From: Candidatus Latescibacterota bacterium
Lineage (GTDB): Bacteria; Latescibacterota; UBA2968; GCA-2709665
Length of the DNA stretch: 64,000 nucleotides
Assembly (NCBI GenBank): GCA_965208835.1
Contig: OZ242358.1
Span: forward strand, 4,096,001-4,160,000
Direction: 5' to 3'
Part shown: one piece after another, positions 56,876-64,000 of the stretch
How positions within the stretch are numbered: the stretch's first letter is position 1
Layout: each line of letters begins with the position of its first letter
Position numbers and translations under genes: made by a program
Notes under the pieces: model-generated
What the model was told of the DNA's origin: nothing
Databases searched by the model: none
The model's input: only the letters and a program-made list of their open reading frames with translations

Positions 56876-58984
56876 ATGCCCCCGGACATCAGCCGCTCAA
56901 GAATGCGTTCCATCTCCAACAAGGACCTCTTCGCCGCGCTCGACCTGAAGGGGGCGGACATGAAGCCCATCCGAAAAGCGGTGAAGGCTGGAAAGTGGAA
57001 GAAGGCGGCCGAGGCCTGGGGCGACTACTTTTCCGCGCGTAAAGAACCCCTGAATATGGTCGCGCCAACCGGCGACAAGCCGGATCCGGACCGCATCAGG
57101 GAGGCCGAACGAGTCGTCGCGCACGAGATACAGGGGTGGCACGACCTGACATACAAGTTCGGAAAGAAAGTCGACTTCAATGCAAATTGGGGACGCTCGG
57201 GCGTTTACGGTACCCACTACTGGGGATGGTCCGATTGCCTTCGGGTCGCGTTCGGACAGACCGGCGACCCCCGCTACGTGGAGTGTTTCGACGATCTGTT
57301 CAACCAGTGGTACGAGCAGCGCAACAACATAGACAACCCCGCCAGATACGACGTCATTTTCTACGAACTCGGGCTGGGAGGGCGAACACCGCGGTTCATC
57401 GATCACTATTTCGCGTACCGGTCCACCGGCATCCTGAGACCCGTCACCCATCGACGCATGTTGAAATCGATTCTGGGCGCGGGGCGCTGGCTCTATCTCC
57501 TTGAAAAGGACGATGGCTATCGCAGCGGCAACTGGCAGATGTGCGGCTCGTGGGCGCTCGTCTACGCGGGCGGCCTCTTCCCGGAATTCAGGGAGGCGCG
57601 ACACTGGGTTGGTATCGGCGTAAAACGACTTCTCGAACACGTCGACAGGGACTTTTACGCGGACGGCTGCCACCACGAACGCGCCTCCGGCTATGGCGCG
57701 TGGTGCACCCGCATCAGCGAGGATCTCCTTACTTTCTCGGACAGGATCCCGTATATCAAGATGGAAACCGACCTGCGCGCACGCATCGTACAGATGTACG
57801 ACTGGTTCCTGTCCACCACGTCTCCGCTGGGTGAGTCCCAGGGATTCAACGACGGAGGTATCGGACCCCAGGACGCCATATTGCGGCGTGCTACCGAAAT
57901 TTCCGGAGACGGCCGATATCTCTGGCCCGTGCGCGCCAGGATCGAATCCGTTTCCCGAATCCGGCCGAAGAAACCCGACTATACGTCTATAGACACACGG
58001 CCGTCGGGATTTGCCGTCATGCGTTCGGACTGGAACAAGGATGCCCGATATCTGATCGTCAACTATGGACCATGGGGCGGAGGCCATACCCATAACGACC
58101 TGCTCGATTTCGAACTCTACGCCCATGGAGAACCGCTGGCCGTAGAGGCCACCCGCTGGGGGCCCTACGACAATCCGCTCGATCAGTATTTTCGTTCTCC
58201 GCAGGCCCACAACCAGCTTGTGGTCAACGATGCGCCAATGGACCGAGAGCATCACCGCGGCGAGGACGTCGCCTGGGCGACCGGAGAGAGGATGGACTAT
58301 TTTTCCGCAACCCACCGGGCTTACGTAGCGCAATACGGCACCCTCGTCGAGCGGCGCATCACGTTTCTGAAACCCGGCTACTTCCTTGTGTCCGACGCCG
58401 TTTTCGAAGGTCCCCAGCACCATGCCTACACATGGTACCTCCACGCGCCCTCCCGTTGGAAAGGCTGCGGAAGCCGTATGCTCACCACAGGACAGCCGGG
58501 GCTGCAGGTCGTCCCCGCAGAGCCCTCGGAGATTCATTATGTCCGTCGCGGGACGTCTTATGAGGCACGGGATGGCACGCCCGGCAGGTACCCCAGCCGC
58601 TACTGGATCGGCTTGCAGAAATGGGTCCGGGGCGAAGGCGCGAATGCCGTCGTGTACGATGTCGCGCTCGTCCCGTTCAAGTCGGAACCGGAGGACGTCA
58701 ACGTGTCCAGACGCGCGGCCAGCATCGACGGGAACACCTGCCGCCCGGAAGTCGCGCGTGGCGTCCGGATCCGAGGCGGCGACCGGGACGATCTGGTGGT
58801 CTACGGCAGGGAAGGCGAAGCCGTTGCATGCGACGGGCTGTCCTTCAGCGGAAGGGTCTGTGTTCTCTCATTACGGGACGAGCGACCGGTCCGCGTCGCG
58901 GTACTGGACGGCGGCGAGGTATCCTACAACGGTCTGCCGCTGATTCGCACGAACCGCGCCGGTCTCACCGAAGGCGAATTGTAG
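56876..58984 (+). CDS. Heparinase II/III-family polysaccharide lyase
   Basis: GNWQ, DGCHHERASGY, SGFAVMRSDW, GHTHNDLL, AHNQLVVN; no obvious signal peptide. Confidence 0.88.
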   Translation: MPPDISRSRMRSISNKDLFAALDLKGADMKPIRKAVKAGKWKKAAEAWGDYFSARKEPLNMVAPTGDKPDPDRIREAERVVAHEIQGWHDLTYKFGKKVDFNANWGRSGVYGTHYWGWSDCLRVAFGQTGDPRYVECFDDLFNQWYEQRNNIDNPARYDVIFYELGLGGRTPRFIDHYFAYRSTGILRPVTHRRMLKSILGAGRWLYLLEKDDGYRSGNWQMCGSWALVYAGGLFPEFREARHWVGIGVKRLLEHVDRDFYADGCHHERASGYGAWCTRISEDLLTFSDRIPYIKMETDLRARIVQMYDWFLSTTSPLGESQGFNDGGIGPQDAILRRATEISGDGRYLWPVRARIESVSRIRPKKPDYTSIDTRPSGFAVMRSDWNKDARYLIVNYGPWGGGHTHNDLLDFELYAHGEPLAVEATRWGPYDNPLDQYFRSPQAHNQLVVNDAPMDREHHRGEDVAWATGERMDYFSATHRAYVAQYGTLVERRITFLKPGYFLVSDAVFEGPQHHAYTWYLHAPSRWKGCGSRMLTTGQPGLQVVPAEPSEIHYVRRGTSYEARDGTPGRYPSRYWIGLQKWVRGEGANAVVYDVALVPFKSEPEDVNVSRRAASIDGNTCRPEVARGVRIRGGDRDDLVVYGREGEAVACDGLSFSGRVCVLSLRDERPVRVAVLDGGEVSYNGLPLIRTNRAGLTEGEL

Positions 58985-59046
58985 ACACTAACGGAAGATG
59001 GCGTGCAACGCCGGAACGGATGGCGCCGGACGTGCCATTCACGGTA

Positions 59047-60063
59047 ATGCTCATGTTCAGATTGGTACAGCTGATTCATCCCCGTGAGGGGCGGCGCATT
59101 GCCGTTGTCGAACGCGACGGCTGCCGGCTGATCGACACGTACACATCGGTCCACGGCCTGGCGAGCTTCGTTTTACGGTCCGACGCCACCCTGTGTACGG
59201 AAATTGAATCAAAGCTCGGAAGGAACTTTCACGATTACGACGCTGTCTACCACGGCAGGTCCGAGTGGAAGCTGCTCCCCGCGTACGATCACCCCGGCGA
59301 GCCTTCCCGCTGTCTGGTGGCGGGCACCGGGCTGACCCACAGGGCGAGCGTTGACAACCGGCAGGCCATGCACGACCAGAACACGGTCGGCGAAACACAG
59401 GTCACCGACAGCATGCGAATGTATCAATGGGGTCTGCAGGGCGGCAGACCCGAGCCCGGCATCGTTGGCGTCCCGCCCGAATGGTTCTACAAGGGGACCG
59501 GAACCATTCTGCGCGCGCACGGCGAGCCCCTGGACGTGCCGGCCTTCGCGGGCGACGGCGGCGAGGAGCCTGAAGTCGCCGGGGCGTACATTATCGATTC
59601 GGCAGGAAAACCCAGGCGCATCGGCCTCGCCATCGGCAACGAATTCTCAGACCACGTCACCGAGAAGAAAAACTACCTGTATCTGGCGCCCTCAAAGCTC
59701 CGGACCTGCTCCATCGGTCCCGAACTTATACTCGATCCCGATTTTGAGAGCGTCGACGGAGAAGTCTCGATCGAACGAAACGGTATCGCCGTCTGGTCCA
59801 AGACGATCGCGACGGGTGAGGCCTGCATGGCGCATAGCCTGGCCAACCTCGAGCACCACCATTTCAAGTACCCCCAGCATCGCCGGACGGACGACGCTCA
59901 CATCTTCTTCTTCGGCGCGGACGCCTTCAGTTTCGGCGCTGATGTCGAACTGGAGGACGGAGACGTCATGGCCATCTCATGGAACGGCTTTGGAAGGCCG
60001 TTGAGGAATCCCCTCCGGATCGAAACTGATGAAGAAACCCTGGTCCGGGTCGATCCGCTGTGA
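59047..60063 (+). CDS. AraD1/GguC-type fumarylacetoacetate-hydrolase-family protein
   Basis: RLVQ, GTGLTH, PEWFYKG, EEPE, NEFSDHVTE..NYLYLA.SKLR, HHFKY. Confidence 0.88.
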   Translation: MLMFRLVQLIHPREGRRIAVVERDGCRLIDTYTSVHGLASFVLRSDATLCTEIESKLGRNFHDYDAVYHGRSEWKLLPAYDHPGEPSRCLVAGTGLTHRASVDNRQAMHDQNTVGETQVTDSMRMYQWGLQGGRPEPGIVGVPPEWFYKGTGTILRAHGEPLDVPAFAGDGGEEPEVAGAYIIDSAGKPRRIGLAIGNEFSDHVTEKKNYLYLAPSKLRTCSIGPELILDPDFESVDGEVSIERNGIAVWSKTIATGEACMAHSLANLEHHHFKYPQHRRTDDAHIFFFGADAFSFGADVELEDGDVMAISWNGFGRPLRNPLRIETDEETLVRVDPL

Positions 60064-60149
60064 ATGGCGCCGGTCTGGCGCGCGTCGGGGAAGCCACCTG
60101 GTTCGCGGGTAAGATCCCGCTGGCGCTTCCAGCTTGAAGGACGAAAACG

Positions 60150-60995
60150 ATGATCATTGACGTACACGCCCACGTCTTCCGATATCCTCAACACTTCACC
60201 GAAGCGTTCCGGCGGCAGGCCGCCCGCGCCAGAGGCGACGTGGAAGTCGACCTCTCGACCAGCCCTGACGACTACCGGCGGCACGCGGGTGAACCGGTTC
60301 GCACGATCGTCTTCGGCGGAAAGGCCAGACTGAGCGGTGTCTGGGTAGAGGATCGCTTTGTGGCCGAAACGGTAGCCCGGAGCCCGGATGCGCTCATCGG
60401 CTTCCTGTCGGTCGATCCGACGCAGGAGGGCTGGCAGGACGAGTTGAGAGAGGGACATCAGGACCTCGGCCTCCAGGGAATAAAGCTACTCTCCATGTAC
60501 GCCGGCTTCAGGCCCGACGACCCGTCCGTTGAGCCGCTCTGGCGGTACGCCCGTGAACACGAACTGCCCGTACTCCTCCATACCGGAACCACCTTTGTGT
60601 CGCAGGCGCCCCTGGAATGTACGCTTCCCCGCCACCTGGATCCGGTCGCCATTCGCTTCCCCGACGTAAAGATCATCCTGGCGCATCTGGGGCATCCCTA
60701 CGAAGGCGAATGCGTTGCGGTTATCCGAAAACACCCCAACGTCTACGCCGACCTCAGCGCCCTGCACTACCGCCCGTTTCAGCTCTACCACAGCCTGATG
60801 CTCGTCCAGGAATACGGCGTCTGGGACAAGCTGCTCTTCGGCACGGACTATCCTTTTACCACCGTCGACGCATCGCTTGCCGGCCTCCGCAGCCTGAACA
60901 ATATGCTCGAAGGCACCGCGCTGCCCCGCCTCGACGCCGACGAAATCGAATCGGTAATCTATCGGGACAGTCTCTCCATCCTGGACCTTTCCTAG
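60150..60995 (+). CDS. Amidohydrolase_2 family metallohydrolase
   Basis: IDVHAH, GIKL, LLHTG, AHLGHP, LFGTDYP. Confidence 0.92.
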   Translation: MIIDVHAHVFRYPQHFTEAFRRQAARARGDVEVDLSTSPDDYRRHAGEPVRTIVFGGKARLSGVWVEDRFVAETVARSPDALIGFLSVDPTQEGWQDELREGHQDLGLQGIKLLSMYAGFRPDDPSVEPLWRYAREHELPVLLHTGTTFVSQAPLECTLPRHLDPVAIRFPDVKIILAHLGHPYEGECVAVIRKHPNVYADLSALHYRPFQLYHSLMLVQEYGVWDKLLFGTDYPFTTVDASLAGLRSLNNMLEGTALPRLDADEIESVIYRDSLSILDLS

Positions 60996-61181
60996 TGTTC
61001 TGTCCCAGAAATAAGTTGCCTGAATTCGACCGTCGAGTCGCCTGGCTCGCAAGGCGCCAGAGCGCAGGCGACTAGCGTAAGGTCTGCGAGCGAGGGCACT
61101 TCGACAAGCTCAGCACAAGCAACGTAGCGAGACGGGATGAATCGCCGGTCGAATGGTGAGGAATTTTTGGGCCAGGACACG
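60994..61181 (+). mobile_element. MITE-like repeat family A, copy 5, with a 23-nt insertion
   Basis: Starts within the TAG stop of the upstream gene; extra ACTTCGACAAGCTCAGCACAAGC at 61098-61120. Confidence 0.85.
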
Positions 61182-61187
61182 AGCTCG

Positions 61188-62072
61188 ATGCGCATCGACG
61201 CACACATGCACGTCAACTACCAGGGCATGGATGCCGGGAGCCTCATTTCCGAGATGGATGCCTATGGCATCGACGTCACGTGGCTGCTGACGTGGTACCT
61301 TCCTCCCGGACAGGGCGCGCCGGGATTCGGCGCCGGATTCAGCCCGCTCAACTACCGGCCGGACGGCACACACGCCGGCGCAACCCTCGATCACATTCTC
61401 GCGGCATGCGACAGGTATCGGGGTCGCTTCATCGCCGGGTACTGCCCGTGTCCCTACGAGGGCTCCGCCGCCGATCTCTTTGAGAGTGCCTGGCGGATGC
61501 ATGGGGTGAGGATTTGCGGCGAATGGAGCTATCGCCTTCTGCTTGACGACCCTCGAAGCATCCAGCTGTTCCGCCGTGCCGGTCAACTCGGCGCCCCCGT
61601 TGTACTCCACATGGACGTGCCCTATCTGCCGGACAATAAAGGAAACCCAACGTATCAGAACAATTGGTACGGCGGCGACATCCGAAACCTGGAACGCGCG
61701 CTGCAGGCCTGTCCCGACACGATCTTCATCGGGCACGCGCCCGGCTTCTGGCGGTACATCAGCGGCGATGCAGTAACTTCACCCGAATCCTATCCGTCCG
61801 GTCCGGTCACCCCCGGCGGGGAACTCCATAGCCTCCTCGACAACTATCCCAACCTTTACGCGGATCTTTCCTCCGGGTCCGGCCTCAACGCGCTAAGCCG
61901 CGACCCCCAACACGCCCGGGACTTCCTTATCCGCCGGGCGGACCGCCTGCTTTACGGCCGCGACGGGAAGGGCAACGACCTGCAGGAATTCCTCCCGACC
62001 CTCGACCTGCCCGCGGACGTCCTGGCGAAGATCTACTACGAGAACGCGATCAGACTCGTGCCGGTGGATTGA
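61188..62072 (+). CDS. Amidohydrolase_2 family metallohydrolase
   Basis: IDAHMH, VLHMD, FIGHAPGFW, YADLS, LYGRD, ENA. Confidence 0.88.
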   Translation: MRIDAHMHVNYQGMDAGSLISEMDAYGIDVTWLLTWYLPPGQGAPGFGAGFSPLNYRPDGTHAGATLDHILAACDRYRGRFIAGYCPCPYEGSAADLFESAWRMHGVRICGEWSYRLLLDDPRSIQLFRRAGQLGAPVVLHMDVPYLPDNKGNPTYQNNWYGGDIRNLERALQACPDTIFIGHAPGFWRYISGDAVTSPESYPSGPVTPGGELHSLLDNYPNLYADLSSGSGLNALSRDPQHARDFLIRRADRLLYGRDGKGNDLQEFLPTLDLPADVLAKIYYENAIRLVPVD

Positions 62073-62084
62073 CGGAAACCAAAA

Positions 62085-62109
62085 CGGCCACCCTGAAACA
62101 GGGCGGCCG
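62085..62109. terminator. Hairpin between convergent genes
   Basis: CGGCCACCCTG-aaa-CAGGGCGGCCG (one mismatch), preceded by an A-tract. Confidence 0.55.
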
Positions 62110-62185
62110 ACACGCTGCCATTCGAATCTGGTGATTTGCCTTTCGGCGGATATTCCTCAACTGAACGTGGCCGGTCGCGCCTCCC

Positions 62186-63106
62186 TCAAGTCCAGGCCCC
62201 ACGTCCCCTTGTGTCCAGGTCCAGCTGCAGGCCGCGTTCGGGAAGGGGAACCGCCGCCCGATAGGTTTCGGCGATCTCCGCCGATGTCGCCGGGACCAGA
62301 GCGCAGCCCAGCTTTTCGCATATTTCCCTCGCCGCCGCCACCACGCCCTGCATCGTCTCCCTACGGAAGTCCCGCGCATCGCCGTAATCGAAGATATTGT
62401 GCGTCAGCGCTTTCAGGTACTTCACCGGTATGTCGCTTCCGTTGTCGATCTGTCGTTTCACATTCTTTTGAATGGTATACCAGTGGTTCTTGGCGTCCAC
62501 CAGTTCAATGCGCAGATCCTGCGGGTGCGCCCCGCCCCACATCCGCGAGTCGACGTCCACAGTGGTCGGTATATCCACGAAATTCACGTCACCCGTCAGG
62601 GATCGATTGTACCGGTGCGGGTAGTGGATGTCCAGCGGCGAACCGCCCCATACACAGGCGCAATGAGGAAGGTTTCGCGTTGGCATCGACACCGTGCCGT
62701 GCGTGAACCCCAGCGCCTCCAGCGCGGGAAAGGTATGGTCGTTGGCCGAAAAATAGCCGGGGGTGAATACCGAGGGCGGCCGGCCCATCGAATCGGCGAA
62801 CTGGTCCGCAGCCTCCTTCAGAATCGCCACCTGTTCCTCGAACCCGTACACACCCAGGAACTCTTCGTACCCCTGTTCCGCCGGATGCACGTGAAGGCCC
62901 ACCTCGTGGCCTTCGGATTCGAGTTCGCGATACACGCCCGCGTGTACCTTCATGTCCGACGGGATCACGACAAACGTCCCCTTCGTGCCGGTCCGCGAGA
63001 AGATTTCGCCCAATCCCCGAATCGACCGTTCGCCCAGCGCCGGGTCGCCGATACTTCGCTGCGTGGCCTCACAATCCACCTGAATGTTGAAGAAGACTTC
63101 CGTCAT
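62186..63106 (-). CDS. Polysaccharide-deacetylase-like (NodB fold) protein
   Basis: VDCE, KGTFVV, GHEVGLHVHP, FTPGYFS. Confidence 0.75.
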   Translation of the reverse strand: MTEVFFNIQVDCEATQRSIGDPALGERSIRGLGEIFSRTGTKGTFVVIPSDMKVHAGVYRELESEGHEVGLHVHPAEQGYEEFLGVYGFEEQVAILKEAADQFADSMGRPPSVFTPGYFSANDHTFPALEALGFTHGTVSMPTRNLPHCACVWGGSPLDIHYPHRYNRSLTGDVNFVDIPTTVDVDSRMWGGAHPQDLRIELVDAKNHWYTIQKNVKRQIDNGSDIPVKYLKALTHNIFDYGDARDFRRETMQGVVAAAREICEKLGCALVPATSAEIAETYRAAVPLPERGLQLDLDTRGRGAWT

Positions 63107-63145
63107 GTATTTCCGACTCCGGTATTGAGACGGGTTCCCTGTACT

Positions 63146-64000
63146 TTACCCGGCCACCGCTCGTCCATCGAATGCATCGACATCGGCGTATTCGCGCACA
63201 ACGGCGTCACCTTCGTTTCGGAACACCGAAATACGCAACGGCACCGACGTTCTGCCTGCCAGCGTATACCGCGCCGCCTCTCCGTCCGTTGATACCTGCT
63301 CGAACCGGACCCCGTCTTTTCCCTGCAGATAGTGGCCGATTTCATCGTGGCTGGCGTAGACCTTCTCGTAGCCGGCCGTCATCGTACGCGTGCGGGCCAG
63401 AATGCGGTCCCATTCTTCCATGGTAACGGCGTCGAACTTCTGCTCATGGGTCACGATCTCCGCGTAGAACCCGGCACGCAGCCCGTGGCGGATCTGCAGG
63501 GCCGCATTGCCGGCGGCCTTTTCGACGTCCGTTCTTTCGTTCTCCCGCAGATAGGGCGTGCATCCCGTCAGGAAATCCTCCTGATGACGGGCAAGCATGG
63601 CCGCGAAGGCGAAGAAGCCGTGGTCGTCGGGGAGATAATCGTAATAACACGTCTGCAGGCCGTAAGGCCAGAACCCGTCCTGCATGCACATATCGGCCTT
63701 GTGCAGCCCCGTCTGCAGGGCCGGGCAGAAAAACCGGTGTCCGCGCTCCTTCAGGAAGGGAAGCGCCCGAACGCCGTACTCACCCCAGTGGAATCGCAGC
63801 GTCGCACCGGGATTGGCCCCCACCTGATTCCAGAACGCGTCCGCAAAGGCGAAGTTGGATTGCAGTTCCGCCTGCGAACACTCGCCCTTTCCGAAGTTGT
63901 AGATCAGCAACCGATAATAGTCCAGCGCGTGGCTGTTGTAGTGGATTTCCCCGCTCTGCATTCCCGCCCTGATTTTGGGAAACAGACGTTCCGGTACGTT
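63146..64000 (-). CDS. Hypothetical protein (5' part outside the window)
   Basis: Frame stays open from 64000 to the stop at 63146; co-oriented with the deacetylase-like gene. Confidence 0.75.
   Translation of the reverse strand, partial: NVPERLFPKIRAGMQSGEIHYNSHALDYYRLLIYNFGKGECSQAELQSNFAFADAFWNQVGANPGATLRFHWGEYGVRALPFLKERGHRFFCPALQTGLHKADMCMQDGFWPYGLQTCYYDYLPDDHGFFAFAAMLARHQEDFLTGCTPYLRENERTDVEKAAGNAALQIRHGLRAGFYAEIVTHEQKFDAVTMEEWDRILARTRTMTAGYEKVYASHDEIGHYLQGKDGVRFEQVSTDGEAARYTLAGRTSVPLRISVFRNEGDAVVREYADVDAFDGRAVAG

Noticed and set aside
58621-59046. 480-aa version of the FAH ORF overlapping the heparinase gene
   Set aside because: The Arg-rich off-frame extension overlaps a real gene; family similarity begins at MFRLVQ.

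Overview
GC-rich chromosomal window, probably from an FCB-superphylum bacterium (Latescibacterota/Gemmatimonadota-like, possibly a sponge symbiont). This is inferred from the T9SS/FlgD-type tails, the dockerin-like EF-hand pairs, the YWTD/LRR/cadherin proteins and a short RpoD. Bases 1-33.7 kb are one minus-strand cluster. In transcription order it has a sulfated-glycan biosynthesis operon (Wzi-like, WaaL/Wzy, GT2, DegT, WecA, Wzx, sulfotransferase, two GT4, epimerase, TMTC-like GT-C) ending in a 1926-aa PorU/gingipain-like C25 peptidase. Next come two tandem atypical REC-AraC regulators, a cohesin-CTD protein, two giant dockerin-bearing adhesin-like proteins and a BamE-like lipoprotein. Divergently (34-44.7 kb) lies a PVM-like bacterial microcompartment locus (PduL, 2 BMC-H, 3 BMC-P, aldehyde dehydrogenase, class II aldolase, AckA) interleaved with envelope genes. 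It is followed by degP, rpoD, DUF2723, rhomboid, M23, PpiD/SurA, a cytidylate-kinase-like gene and a heparinase/AraD1/amidohydrolase catabolic unit. Three families of non-autonomous MITE-like repeats occupy many intergenic spacers. No rRNA, tRNA, CRISPR array or transposase was seen. All family calls are from motif recognition by eye, not from database searches.
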